64,000 nt of DNA, taken from the NCBI RefSeq assembly GCF_041886205.1, contig NZ_CP169029.1; one strand, 5' to 3'. A model generated the notes under the pieces. That model saw nothing but the letters and a program-made list of their open reading frames with translations. It had not been told where the DNA came from and made no database searches. This DNA comes from Escherichia coli (lineage in GTDB: Bacteria; Pseudomonadota; Gammaproteobacteria; Enterobacterales; Enterobacteriaceae). Made by a program: the position numbers and the translations under genes. Positions within the stretch are counted from its first letter, which is position 1, and every line of letters begins with the position of its first letter. This document shows positions 50,541 to 63,142 of this stretch, in pieces.

Positions 50541-52301
50541 ATGACGCAAACATTTATCCCCGGCAAAGATGCCGCTCTGGAAGATTCCATCGCTCGCTTC
50601 CAGCAAAAACTTTCAGACCTCGGCTTTCAGATTGAAGAGGCCTCCTGGCTGAATCCTGTGCCTAACGTCTGGTCTGTACATATTCGCGACAAAGAGTGCG
50701 CACTGTGTTTTACCAACGGTAAAGGCGCAACCAAAAAAGCGGCGCTGGCTTCTGCACTTGGTGAATATTTCGAGCGTCTCTCAACCAACTACTTTTTTGC
50801 TGATTTCTGGCTGGGCGAAACCATCGCCAACGGTCCGTTCGTGCATTATCCCAACGAAAAATGGTTCCCACTGACCGAAAATGACGATGTGCCAGAAGGA
50901 CTACTCGATGACCGTCTGCGCGCGTTTTATGATCCGGAGAATGAACTGACCGGCAGCATGCTGATTGACCTACAATCCGGTAACGAAGATCGTGGTATTT
51001 GCGGCCTGCCGTTTACGCGTCAGTCCGACAATCAGACCGTTTATATTCCGATGAATATCATTGGTAACCTGTACGTCTCCAACGGTATGTCCGCAGGTAA
51101 TACCCGCAACGAAGCACGCGTTCAGGGATTGTCTGAAGTTTTCGAACGCTACGTGAAAAACCGCATTATTGCTGAAAGCATCAGCCTGCCAGAGATCCCG
51201 GCAGACGTGCTGGCGCGTTACCCAGCGGTGGTTGAAGCGATCGAAACACTGGAAGCAGAAGGTTTCCCGATCTTCGCATATGATGGTTCCCTTGGCGGCC
51301 AGTATCCGGTGATTTGCGTGGTACTGTTTAATCCTGCAAACGGCACCTGCTTTGCCTCTTTCGGTGCGCATCCTGATTTTGGCGTAGCACTGGAACGTAC
51401 CGTGACCGAGCTGCTGCAAGGTCGTGGCCTGAAAGATTTGGATGTGTTTACTCCGCCAACCTTCGATGATGAAGAAGTCGCTGAACATACCAACCTCGAA
51501 ACGCACTTTATCGATTCCAGCGGTTTAATCTCCTGGGACCTGTTCAAGCAGGATGCCGATTATCCGTTTGTGGACTGGAATTTCTCCGGCACCACGGAAG
51601 AAGAGTTTGCTACGCTGATGGCTATCTTCAACAAAGAAGATAAAGAAGTTTATATTGCCGATTACGATCATCTGGGCGTTTATGCTTGCCGTATTATCGT
51701 GCCTGGCATGTCCGATATTTATCCGGCTGAAGATCTGTGGCTCGCGAATAACAGTATGGGCAGCCATTTACGTGAAACGGTTCTTTCGCTACCAGGCAGC
51801 GAGTGGGAAAAAGAAGATTACCTGAACCTCATCGAGCAACTGGATGAAGAAGGTTTTGATGACTTTACCCGCGTGCGTGAGCTGTTGGGTCTGGCGACCG
51901 GGTCGGATAACGGTTGGTACACCCTGCGTATCGGTGAATTAAAAGCCATGCTGGCGCTGGCTGGTGGCGATCTGGAACAGGCTCTGGTCTGGACCGAATG
52001 GACGATGGAGTTTAACTCATCGGTATTCAGCCCGGAACGCGCCAACTATTATCGCTGCCTGCAAACGTTGTTATTACTGGCGCAGGAAGAAGATCGCCAG
52101 CCGCTGCAATATCTGAATGCGTTTGTTCGCATGTACGGCGCAGATGCCGTGGAAGCCGCCAGTGCGGCAATGAGCGGCGAAGCGGCGTTTTATGGCTTGC
52201 AACCAGTAGATAGCGATCTGCACGCGTTTGCTGCACATCAGTCGTTGTTGAAGGCCTACGAAAAGCTGCAGCGCGCCAAAGCAGCATTCTGGGCAAAATA
52301 A
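50541..52301 (+). CDS. ycaO: YcaO-domain protein (ATP-dependent; linked to RimO-dependent beta-methylthiolation of ribosomal protein S12)
   Basis: ORF 50508..52301; start at ATG 50541 (MTQTFIPGKDAALEDSIARFQQKL), 586 aa. Confidence 0.9.
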   Translation: MTQTFIPGKDAALEDSIARFQQKLSDLGFQIEEASWLNPVPNVWSVHIRDKECALCFTNGKGATKKAALASALGEYFERLSTNYFFADFWLGETIANGPFVHYPNEKWFPLTENDDVPEGLLDDRLRAFYDPENELTGSMLIDLQSGNEDRGICGLPFTRQSDNQTVYIPMNIIGNLYVSNGMSAGNTRNEARVQGLSEVFERYVKNRIIAESISLPEIPADVLARYPAVVEAIETLEAEGFPIFAYDGSLGGQYPVICVVLFNPANGTCFASFGAHPDFGVALERTVTELLQGRGLKDLDVFTPPTFDDEEVAEHTNLETHFIDSSGLISWDLFKQDADYPFVDWNFSGTTEEEFATLMAIFNKEDKEVYIADYDHLGVYACRIIVPGMSDIYPAEDLWLANNSMGSHLRETVLSLPGSEWEKEDYLNLIEQLDEEGFDDFTRVRELLGLATGSDNGWYTLRIGELKAMLALAGGDLEQALVWTEWTMEFNSSVFSPERANYYRCLQTLLLLAQEEDRQPLQYLNAFVRMYGADAVEAASAAMSGEAAFYGLQPVDSDLHAFAAHQSLLKAYEKLQRAKAAFWAK

Positions 52302-52632
52302 AATCAAATAGCCTACGCAATGTAGGCTTAATGATTAGTCTGAGTTATATTACGGGGCGTTTTTTTAATGCCCCGCTTTACATATATTTGCATTAATAAA
52401 ATAATTGTAATTATAAAGTTAAATATCGGTAATTTATATTTAATAAATACGATCTATATTGTTACTTTATTCGCCTGATGCTCCCTTTTAATTAACTGTT
52501 TTAGCGGAGGATGCGGAAAAAATTCAACTCATTTGTTAATTTTTAAAATTTATTTTTATTTGGATAATCAAATATTTACTCCGTAATTGCATAAAAACCA
52601 TGCGAGTTACGGGCCTATAAGCCAGGCGAGAT

Positions 52633-52646
52633 ATGATCTATATCAA
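52633..52646. promoter_or_regulatory. FNR-binding site of an anaerobic focA-pflB promoter
   Basis: atGATctatATCAA matches TTGAT-N4-ATCAA with one mismatch; TAGTAT -10-like hexamer about 23-28 bp downstream (52669-52674), consistent with a class II FNR promoter. Confidence 0.5.
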
Positions 52647-52706
52647 TTTCTCATCTATAATGCTTTGTTAGTATCTCGTCGCCGACTTAATAAAGAGAGA
52701 GTTAGT

Positions 52707-53564
52707 GTGAAAGCTGACAACCCTTTTGATCTTTTACTTCCTGCTGCAATGGCCAAAGTGGCCGAAGAGGCGGGTGTCTATAAAGCAACGAAACATCCGC
52801 TTAAGACTTTCTATCTGGCGATTACCGCCGGTGTTTTCATCTCAATCGCATTCGTCTTCTATATCACAGCAACCACTGGCACAGGCACAATGCCCTTCGG
52901 CATGGCAAAACTGGTTGGCGGCATTTGCTTCTCTCTGGGGCTGATTCTTTGTGTTGTCTGCGGAGCCGATCTCTTTACTTCCACAGTGTTGATTGTTGTT
53001 GCTAAGGCGAGTGGGCGCATCACCTGGGGTCAGTTGGCTAAAAACTGGCTAAATGTCTATTTTGGCAACCTGGTCGGCGCACTGCTGTTTGTACTTTTAA
53101 TGTGGCTTTCCGGCGAGTATATGACCGCAAATGGTCAATGGGGACTAAACGTCCTACAAACCGCCGACCACAAAGTGCACCATACTTTTATTGAGGCCGT
53201 CTGTCTTGGTATCCTGGCAAACCTGATGGTATGTCTGGCAGTATGGATGAGTTATTCTGGCCGCAGCCTGATGGACAAAGCGTTCATTATGGTGCTGCCG
53301 GTCGCGATGTTTGTTGCCAGCGGTTTTGAGCACAGTATCGCAAACATGTTTATGATCCCGATGGGTATTGTAATCCGCGACTTCGCATCTCCGGAATTCT
53401 GGACCGCTGTCGGTTCTGCACCGGAAAATTTTTCTCACCTGACCGTGATGAACTTCATCACTGATAACCTGATCCCGGTTACGATCGGTAATATTATCGG
53501 CGGTGGTTTGTTGGTTGGGTTGACATACTGGGTCATTTACCTGCGTGAAAACGATCACCATTAA
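52707..53564 (+). CDS. focA: Formate channel FocA
   Basis: ORF 52587..53564; translation assigned to GTG 52707 (VKADNPFDLLLPAAMAKVAEEAG...) preceded by GAGAGAG; 285 aa; FNT-family polytopic protein. Confidence 0.9.
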   Translation: MKADNPFDLLLPAAMAKVAEEAGVYKATKHPLKTFYLAITAGVFISIAFVFYITATTGTGTMPFGMAKLVGGICFSLGLILCVVCGADLFTSTVLIVVAKASGRITWGQLAKNWLNVYFGNLVGALLFVLLMWLSGEYMTANGQWGLNVLQTADHKVHHTFIEAVCLGILANLMVCLAVWMSYSGRSLMDKAFIMVLPVAMFVASGFEHSIANMFMIPMGIVIRDFASPEFWTAVGSAPENFSHLTVMNFITDNLIPVTIGNIIGGGLLVGLTYWVIYLRENDHH

Positions 53565-53618
53565 TGGTTGTCGAAGTACGCAGTAAATAAAAAATCCACT
53601 TAAGAAGGTAGGTGTTAC

Positions 53619-55901
<2,283 letters not shown>

Positions 55902-55943
55902 TTAGATTTGACTGAAATCGTACAGTAAAAAGCGTACAATAAA

Positions 55944-55970
55944 GGCTCCACGAAAGTGGGGCCTTTTTTA
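55944..55970 (+). terminator. Rho-independent terminator after pflB
   Basis: Stem ggctccac/gtggggcc with gaaa loop followed by T6. Confidence 0.6.
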
Positions 55971-56092
55971 GCACGAGAGCCTTTTTTGTCAGCTATCTAT
56001 ACTTTAAGGTGACTGCCAAAACAGACTCGACGTAGCCTTCGAGCTGCGCACCAACACGGCCTCAGATGGGCCACATCTGGAGAAACACCGCA

Positions 56093-56833
56093 ATGTCAGT
56101 TATTGGTCGCATTCACTCCTTTGAATCCTGTGGAACCGTAGACGGCCCGGGTATTCGCTTTATCACCTTTTTCCAGGGCTGCCTGATGCGCTGCCTGTAT
56201 TGTCATAACCGCGACACCTGGGACACGCATGGCGGTAAAGAAGTTACCGTTGAAGATTTGATGAAGGAAGTGGTGACCTATCGCCACTTTATGAACGCTT
56301 CCGGCGGCGGCGTTACCGCATCCGGCGGTGAAGCAATCCTGCAAGCTGAGTTTGTTCGTGACTGGTTCCGCGCCTGCAAAAAAGAAGGTATTCATACCTG
56401 TCTGGACACCAACGGTTTTGTTCGTCGTTACGATCCGGTGATTGATGAACTGCTGGAAGTAACCGACCTGGTAATGCTCGATCTCAAACAGATGAACGAC
56501 GAGATCCACCAAAATCTGGTTGGAGTTTCCAATCACCGCACGCTGGAGTTCGCCAAATATCTGGCGAACAAAAATGTGAAGGTGTGGATCCGCTACGTTG
56601 TTGTCCCAGGCTGGTCTGACGATGACGATTCAGCGCATCGCCTCGGTGAATTTACCCGTGATATGGGCAACGTTGAGAAAATCGAACTCCTCCCCTACCA
56701 CGAGCTGGGCAAACACAAATGGGTGGCAATGGGTGAAGAGTACAAACTCGACGGTGTTAAACCACCTAAGAAAGAGACCATGGAACGCGTGAAAGGCATT
56801 CTTGAGCAGTACGGTCATAAGGTAATGTTCTAA
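56093..56833 (+). CDS. pflA: Pyruvate formate-lyase activating enzyme (radical SAM)
   Basis: ORF 56066..56833; start at ATG 56093 ([23 protein letters not shown]), 246 aa; CxxxCxxC motif ([10 protein letters not shown]). Confidence 0.95.
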   Translation: MSVIGRIHSFESCGTVDGPGIRFITFFQGCLMRCLYCHNRDTWDTHGGKEVTVEDLMKEVVTYRHFMNASGGGVTASGGEAILQAEFVRDWFRACKKEGIHTCLDTNGFVRRYDPVIDELLEVTDLVMLDLKQMNDEIHQNLVGVSNHRTLEFAKYLANKNVKVWIRYVVVPGWSDDDDSAHRLGEFTRDMGNVEKIELLPYHELGKHKWVAMGEEYKLDGVKPPKKETMERVKGILEQYGHKVMF

Positions 56834-56844
56834 TTTCCCCGTAA

Positions 56845-56877
56845 AGCGGCAACTTTATTGAGTTGCCGCTTTTTTAT
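56845..56877 (+). terminator. Rho-independent terminator after pflA
   Basis: 10-bp stem agcggcaact/agttgccgct followed by T6. Confidence 0.65.
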
Positions 56878-56914
56878 TCCGCGCTTCATTCTGCTACAGC
56901 GTTTTTAACACATT

Positions 56915-57505
56915 TTATAGTGCATCTACCATATCCCGTACCTGAGATAATAACGACTGATAATAGCTCGCATGAAGTTCTTGCCCATCGAATACCACTG
57001 TATTACACAAGAAAGTGACATCGGCATCTTCAATACCAAGATAACTGCACATATTTATCAAATAATCGCTTATATTTTTTTCCCAGCCCATCTGGACAAA
57101 TGATTCTTTGTCTCCTCCAACCAGCGCCACCCAACGAACTTTATTGAATGGTAATTTGTGCCCATCTCCATAAGCCAGCCCATTATTCCATACTCTGTCA
57201 ATATATCCTTTTAGCATTGCCGGAAAGCTGTACCACCAGAGAGGAAAAACCACCACTAACGTGTCATGTTCAAGCAGCTCTGAATAAAGCTGATGAACCT
57301 CTGGAGAATAACGTTTATCCATATTCTTCCAGTCTGGTTCATCTTCCGGCGTCATCACTGGGTTGAAATTACGCCGATATAAATCGAGTTCCGTCACCTG
57401 TATTTTCCGCTCCATTGCCCGCTGATGGATCGCATCAGCAATATTTGCGGTCAATGAATCATGACGAGGATGAGCCCATACCAAATAAATACGTTCAGAC
57501 TGCAT
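56915..57505 (-). CDS. ycaK: Flavodoxin-like NAD(P)H:quinone oxidoreductase family protein YcaK
   Basis: 196-aa ORF MQSERIYLVWAHPRHDSLTANIADAI...; divergent from LysR regulator ycaN. Confidence 0.85.
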   Translation of the reverse strand: MQSERIYLVWAHPRHDSLTANIADAIHQRAMERKIQVTELDLYRRNFNPVMTPEDEPDWKNMDKRYSPEVHQLYSELLEHDTLVVVFPLWWYSFPAMLKGYIDRVWNNGLAYGDGHKLPFNKVRWVALVGGDKESFVQMGWEKNISDYLINMCSYLGIEDADVTFLCNTVVFDGQELHASYYQSLLSQVRDMVDAL

Positions 57506-57604
57506 AATTTTACCTCCACGTTAAGTTCTGGAGCGCACTTTACGCAGGCGGCATAATCCTGTAAACGTGATGATTCAGGATGAGTTAATGAAGGATTTTC
57601 ACTA

Positions 57605-58513
57605 ATGCGGATGAATATGTCTGACTTTGCCACTTTCTTTGCCGTCGCCCGTAATCAAAGCTTTCGTGCAGCGGGTGATGAGTTAGGCTTATCCTCGTCC
57701 GCCATTAGCCATAGTATTAAAACACTGGAACAACGTCTTAAAATTCGCTTATTCAATCGGACAACCCGAAGCGTATCGTTAACGGAAGCGGGTTCTAATC
57801 TCTATGAACGATTGCGCCCAGCTTTCGACGAAATTCAGATCATGTTAGATGAGATGAATGATTTTCGTCTGACACCGACAGGAACGCTCAAAATCAATGC
57901 CGCCCGGGTAGCTGCACGTATATTTTTAATGCCTTTACTGGTTGGTTTCACACGTGAATATCCTGATATTAAAGTCGAGCTCACAACTGACGATTCTCTT
58001 GTCGATATCGTCCAACAGGGCTTTGACGCTGGCGTTCGACTTAGTGGCATCGTCGAAAAAGATATGATCAGCGTGGCGATCGGCCCGCCAGTGAAATTAT
58101 GTGTAGCAGCAACGCCAGAGTACTTTGCAAGATATGGCAAACCCCTCCATCCTCATGATCTGCTTAATCATCAATGTGTTGTTTTTCGTTATCCCAGCGG
58201 CAAACCTTTCCACTGGCAATTTGCAAAGGAGCTGGATATTGCTGTCGCAGGGAATATCATTCTGGATGATGTTGATGCTGAACTGGATGCCGTTTTGATG
58301 GGTGCTGGTATCGGGTATCTGCTCTATGAACAGATCAAGGAGTACCTTGATACCGGTCGTTTAGAATGTGTACTGGAAGACTGGATCACCGAGCGTCCAG
58401 GCTTCCAGATCTATTACCCAAACCGCCAGTATATGTCCTGCGGCTTGCGCGCATTTCTCGATTATGTAAAAACGGGTCAGATTTGCCAGAGTCAGCGTCA
58501 CCGACCACAATAA
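57605..58513 (+). CDS. ycaN: LysR-family transcriptional regulator YcaN
   Basis: 302-aa ORF with N-terminal helix-turn-helix (FRAAGDELGLSSSAISHSIKTLEQRL) and LysR substrate-binding domain. Confidence 0.9.
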   Translation: MRMNMSDFATFFAVARNQSFRAAGDELGLSSSAISHSIKTLEQRLKIRLFNRTTRSVSLTEAGSNLYERLRPAFDEIQIMLDEMNDFRLTPTGTLKINAARVAARIFLMPLLVGFTREYPDIKVELTTDDSLVDIVQQGFDAGVRLSGIVEKDMISVAIGPPVKLCVAATPEYFARYGKPLHPHDLLNHQCVVFRYPSGKPFHWQFAKELDIAVAGNIILDDVDAELDAVLMGAGIGYLLYEQIKEYLDTGRLECVLEDWITERPGFQIYYPNRQYMSCGLRAFLDYVKTGQICQSQRHRPQ

Positions 58514-59944
58514 TTATTTACTATTCGCTTTACGCGCCAGCAGCGGGAATATCAGTCCTAATCCAACCAGCACAAACGGCGTTGCAACATTCAGCGCCAA
58601 CTGGAAGGTCCACTCTGCGGTGAAGGCTTCCATTTTCGGGAAAATCCCCGTCAGGCAGGCAAAAGCGGTAAAGGCAAAACACCAAATCCCGACGGTCATT
58701 GCCAGAGACTTATTACGAATAAAGACATATTCCGGCTTATATTTCTGCGCCAGGCGAACGACTGCAATAAATGCAACAAATACCCATAAATAACGCAGCG
58801 GCATCACTACCGAGTTAAGATTCAACAGCCATTTATAGAGATTGTTCATATCACCGATGCCGAGAGTCGGCAGCATAATCAGAATTGCCACCAGCACCAG
58901 GGTCAGAAAATAGCCATTAACGGGCGTACCAGAAGCGTTGGTACGACATAAACTGGCTGGAATATATTTGCTGTCAGCATCACCTAATAGCACTTTAAGC
59001 GGGGCATCAATCGAGAATACCAGCGCAGCTACTTGTCCCAGGGTATTCGCAATGGCGTAAATCACCATTAAAGTATTACCCATGTTGTAATACTCGCCCA
59101 GCTTCTGAAAGGCGTAATACTGACCGTTGGTCATTAAGTCATCCGGGATATTACGCGAATCAAACATCATCCCCATCGCCAGCGAGCCCAGAATGGCACA
59201 AACCGCAACCATCACCGCCAGGCATAACATCCCTTTTGGAAATTCTTTTCCTGGGTTGCGCGTTTGATTAACGTAAGGAGAAATCTTCTCTGCTCCGCCA
59301 ACCGCGAAAACCAGCATTGAAATAGTGGTAATGTAGGTAAAGTCGATATGAGGAATGAACGTTTCCCAGGTAATGTTTGTGGTCGCAATATGCACTTCAG
59401 TAATTGCAGGCGCGGTTACCGCCATCGCCACATACAGGAGCGACATAACAAACATAGCAATCCCTGCCACAGAACCGACGATTTTCAGCGATTTCATACC
59501 GCGTGAAGCAACCCACATAAAGAAGATAAACAGCACCAGCGTTAACCCCTGTAACGCTACGACTGAATATTCTTTGATTAACGAACCGTCGCCTTTCATC
59601 GCCCAACCGAGCGCAATCAGTATTGCCTGGGGTTTTTGTGCCAGATAGGGAATATGCACTACCCAGTAGGTCCACGCGGCGAGGTAAGCCAGTCCGGGTC
59701 CCATCGTGTGTTTAATCCAGGTACTGACCCCGCCCTTCCCATCTTTGAAGGTCGAGCCTAACTGACCAACAATTAGCGCATAAGGTGTGAAATAGAGCGC
59801 AAAGATAAACACCCATGAAAAAACAACCACCAGCCCCTGGTTGGCGTAGTTATTAACAACGTTGCCAAAACCCCAGACAGTGATAAAAGACATCAGCGCA
59901 ATGTTGTACCATCGCAGCTGTTTTTCCTGAACATTCCCAGCCAT
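58514..59944 (-). CDS. ycaM: APC-superfamily amino acid/polyamine transporter YcaM
   Basis: ORF 58514..60136; start at ATG 59944 (MAGNVQEKQLRWYNIALMSF) with AAGGA 8 nt upstream; 476 aa; about 12 TM segments. Confidence 0.85.
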   Translation of the reverse strand: MAGNVQEKQLRWYNIALMSFITVWGFGNVVNNYANQGLVVVFSWVFIFALYFTPYALIVGQLGSTFKDGKGGVSTWIKHTMGPGLAYLAAWTYWVVHIPYLAQKPQAILIALGWAMKGDGSLIKEYSVVALQGLTLVLFIFFMWVASRGMKSLKIVGSVAGIAMFVMSLLYVAMAVTAPAITEVHIATTNITWETFIPHIDFTYITTISMLVFAVGGAEKISPYVNQTRNPGKEFPKGMLCLAVMVAVCAILGSLAMGMMFDSRNIPDDLMTNGQYYAFQKLGEYYNMGNTLMVIYAIANTLGQVAALVFSIDAPLKVLLGDADSKYIPASLCRTNASGTPVNGYFLTLVLVAILIMLPTLGIGDMNNLYKWLLNLNSVVMPLRYLWVFVAFIAVVRLAQKYKPEYVFIRNKSLAMTVGIWCFAFTAFACLTGIFPKMEAFTAEWTFQLALNVATPFVLVGLGLIFPLLARKANSK

Positions 59945-60153
59945 AGACAAATCCTTCGCCAAAATTAAAGGGGCATCTGTAAAACGAGGGATTATGCGCG
60001 GCAAATAAGAAGTGCGGAAATAGCGAAATGCAAAATTATAACCTGCTGCACATTTTATTTTTAAACGAATAAAATTTGGAATAAAGCAAGTCAGATAGAA
60101 GAAACAAAAAAGCAGAGTGTGAAACAGTAAGTTCACACTCTGCTTGAATTCAT

Positions 60154-61302
60154 TTACACGTGAGCAACGGGTTTCGGCGTATGACCGGCGTTGCGCAGCA
60201 GCATCAGCAAATAGATAAACGATACGCTGGCGATCATGATAAACAATAAATTATCGGAGAAATTCTGCATTAGCATAGCGGTAAATGACGGGCCAAGCAG
60301 ACTTCCCACAGTATAGCTCAACAGTAAGGCCTGGTTCATCGCCACCAGTTGATGATGTTCAACTTTCTCGCAAGCCCATGCCATCGCCACCGGATATAGC
60401 GTAAAGCCAGCGGCACCGAGGATGAATAACGCTGGGGCCATCGCCGCCTGGCTAAGCATCGCGATACTGCCGAGAATGACGACAAAGACCTGAACACGCA
60501 ACACCAGCAGTCGACCAAACTTATCCGCCAGACGTCCAATCGGCCATTGTCCAAGGATACCCGCACTGACCAGTACCGCCATCCAGAAACCAATGCTGGC
60601 ATTGCTCACCCCTTTGTGATTGAGGTACAGCGGCATCAGGCCATATAGAGATCCCAGAACGATTCCTGAGATAATGCAGCCATTCACGCCAAGCCGCGCC
60701 TGACGGAGTTTTAGCATTGACGTAATTGACGTCGAATCATGGTTTTCAGCCTGCTGATTCAGCACACGCGTAAACAACAGCGGTAAGATCCCTGCCAACG
60801 TCAAACCTGTAACCCACGGCAATACGGACATCAGCTCGGTTGAAACTTTGCTGACCAGTAACTGGCCTAAAAACGTTCCCACGTAATAAACCATCATATA
60901 CGCAGCAAGCAAACGCCCACGGTTACGTGACGTCCCACTGCACATCAGCGCGCTCTCAACAACCACCCAAATCATGGCACAGCCGACGCCCGCGACAAAA
61001 CGCCAAGCCAACCAGCTCCAGAAACCAATCATCAGGCCAAGGCCGGCACAGCCAGCGGCAAAAATGAAGGAGGCCAGATAATAGCTGCGGTTAAAGCCAA
61101 TGCGCTTAATGACATACCCTGTCAGCAATGTACCGACAAGGTTGCCGGTAAAATAGGATGAGCTGACAACGCCTACCTGCCATGTGGACATGTGTTCCTG
61201 GGCGAGCCAAAGCGGCACGAGTGTATTTAACACCGCAATCGCCAGAGTCAACAAAAGCAGGCCAGACAGCAAAAGCATGACAGGCCGGGTATACGTGGAC
61301 AT
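60154..61302 (-). CDS. ycaD: Major facilitator superfamily transporter YcaD
   Basis: 382-aa polytopic [40 protein letters not shown]... Confidence 0.9.
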   Translation of the reverse strand: MSTYTRPVMLLLSGLLLLTLAIAVLNTLVPLWLAQEHMSTWQVGVVSSSYFTGNLVGTLLTGYVIKRIGFNRSYYLASFIFAAGCAGLGLMIGFWSWLAWRFVAGVGCAMIWVVVESALMCSGTSRNRGRLLAAYMMVYYVGTFLGQLLVSKVSTELMSVLPWVTGLTLAGILPLLFTRVLNQQAENHDSTSITSMLKLRQARLGVNGCIISGIVLGSLYGLMPLYLNHKGVSNASIGFWMAVLVSAGILGQWPIGRLADKFGRLLVLRVQVFVVILGSIAMLSQAAMAPALFILGAAGFTLYPVAMAWACEKVEHHQLVAMNQALLLSYTVGSLLGPSFTAMLMQNFSDNLLFIMIASVSFIYLLMLLRNAGHTPKPVAHV

Positions 61303-61615
61303 GAATTAAAACCGTGAGGAAGTTCAAATTTCATGCGCATCATGCCACCGCCAAAAACATTGTCAATGGGTGAAAATACGCGATATCCCAGCGGCGGTAT
61401 TATCGATTTATATTACTCATTCATAACGCTAATGCTGAAGAGATGATTAGTCTCATCTGATTGTTTTTATTGAACTAACACAAATTTCATACGCTTCGTT
61501 CAGTCGAAAAATTTCATGGTCACAGCAAACTCATATTTCCCGTCTATGCTTTCAGAGCAATGCATCGCGTCTGATCGATTTCAGACGTACCACTGACTCT
61601 CGAAAGGAGAAGAGG

Positions 61616-62242
61616 ATGACCAAACCGTATGTTCGTCATGATAAAAATGATGCTGCCGTTTTGCTTGTTGATCACCAGGCTGGTTTACTTTCCCTTGTAC
61701 GGGATATCGAACCCGATAAGTTTAAAAATAACGTGCTGGCGCTGGGTGACCTGGCTAAGTATTTCAACTTACCAACTATTCTTACCACCAGTTTTGAAAC
61801 CGGTCCTAACGGCCCATTAGTTCCAGAACTGAAAGCACAATTCCCCGATGCACCTTACATTGCTCGCCCGGGCAATATTAACGCCTGGGATAACGAAGAT
61901 TTTGTAAAAGCGGTCAAAGCGACAGGTAAAAAACAGTTAATTATTGCCGGTGTGGTAACCGAAGTTTGCGTGGCATTCCCAGCGCTTTCAGCCATTGAAG
62001 AAGGGTTTGATGTCTTTGTTGTGACTGACGCGTCAGGGACCTTTAATGAAATTACCCGGCAGTCGGCATGGGATCGCATGTCGCAGGCAGGAGCACAGTT
62101 GATGACGTGGTTCGGCGTGGCTTGCGAGCTGCACCGTGACTGGCGTAATGATATTGAAGGACTGGCGACGTTGTTCTCTAACCATATTCCTGATTATCGT
62201 AATTTGATGACCAGTTATGACACGTTAACGAAGCAGAAATAA
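61616..62242 (+). CDS. ycaC: Isochorismatase-family hydrolase YcaC
   Basis: 208-aa ORF MTKPYVRHDKNDAAVLLVDHQAGLL...; catalytic Cys region (VAGVVTEVCVAF). Confidence 0.9.
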   Translation: MTKPYVRHDKNDAAVLLVDHQAGLLSLVRDIEPDKFKNNVLALGDLAKYFNLPTILTTSFETGPNGPLVPELKAQFPDAPYIARPGNINAWDNEDFVKAVKATGKKQLIIAGVVTEVCVAFPALSAIEEGFDVFVVTDASGTFNEITRQSAWDRMSQAGAQLMTWFGVACELHRDWRNDIEGLATLFSNHIPDYRNLMTSYDTLTKQK

Positions 62243-62247
62243 AAGAG

Positions 62248-62269
62248 AACCGGGGCCGAAACCCCGGTT
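62248..62269. terminator. Bidirectional terminator hairpin between convergent ycaC and dmsC
   Basis: Stem aaccgggg/ccccggtt with A-rich left flank and T-containing right flank. Confidence 0.5.
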
Positions 62270-62277
62270 GTTACTGA

Positions 62278-63141
62278 TTAGCTTGCGACGGCCATCCCCA
62301 CGGTCATATGCAAACCATAGAATACGCCGCGACCGATTAATTCCCCTGCCAGAAGCAGAATGAATGAGACGGATAGTAGCGGAACCGCAGGCTGATAACC
62401 TTTTAGCTGTGGTGCAATCCACAAGCACAGGGCAACGGCCAAAAGCACGATCCGCCAGGACATCAGCGCACCATAGTCCGGCACCAGCGCTGCGGCCTGC
62501 TGCACAGAACTATGAATAGTTGCCAGCTCTGTGCCCTGCATCACTGACATCACGCCACTCACCACCAGTGCCAGTACAGAAATGGCTGGCAGCAGACGCA
62601 TCGCCCAGCCATCGACGCCAGCCAGACTCAGCAACAGGTACCCCAGTAACGGGCCGCCCATGAACATCGTCAGGAAGAAGCCCATCGGCGTCCAGATGCT
62701 GTACCAGGTCGGAACGGTATCAATGCTGTTATACACACGCACCATCATCCAGACAAAGACGACGCCAAGAACCATCGTCACTACCAGCCACAGCGTACGC
62801 AATGCCGGTGACAGCTTTTTCAGCATTGCCAGCAACCAGCCGATGCCGCCTACGGCAAAAAAGATGGAACCGCTGGCGATTTCGTTACTGAGTGCTGAAG
62901 CCCCTACCCGGTTGAGCGAGTTAAAGGCGCGCATCGGTGAACCAAGATGGAGCATAGAGGCGATAAAGCCAATGCCCATCAGCACCCATAAGCCAAACAT
63001 GCAGGCGATAACACGCTGCTGGGCTTCTGCTCTCAGGTCGCCTTTGAGCAGCGCCAAAGCCAGAACGATAAAACCACCCGCTACACATTGCCCGAAGACC
63101 GTGAAGATCATCAGCGGCCATTCATGCCATCCACTTCCCAT
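62278..63141 (-). CDS. dmsC: DMSO reductase membrane anchor subunit DmsC
   Basis: ORF 62278..63204; start at ATG 63141 (MGSGWHEWPLMIFTVFGQCVAGGF), 287 aa; polytopic. Confidence 0.9.
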   Translation of the reverse strand: MGSGWHEWPLMIFTVFGQCVAGGFIVLALALLKGDLRAEAQQRVIACMFGLWVLMGIGFIASMLHLGSPMRAFNSLNRVGASALSNEIASGSIFFAVGGIGWLLAMLKKLSPALRTLWLVVTMVLGVVFVWMMVRVYNSIDTVPTWYSIWTPMGFFLTMFMGGPLLGYLLLSLAGVDGWAMRLLPAISVLALVVSGVMSVMQGTELATIHSSVQQAAALVPDYGALMSWRIVLLAVALCLWIAPQLKGYQPAVPLLSVSFILLLAGELIGRGVFYGLHMTVGMAVAS

Positions 63142-63142
63142 C

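Noticed and set aside
58514-60136. N-terminally extended ORFs in the track (ycaM 540 aa; likewise pncB 416, asnS 481, ssuA 371, focA 325, ycaI 780, mukE 243, ycaL 262, ycaO 597, dmsC 308 aa)
   Set aside because: The extensions start at upstream in-frame alternative codons and run through intergenic sequence. The true starts are internal ATG (or GTG for focA), matching the known protein N-termini, signal peptides and Shine-Dalgarno positions.
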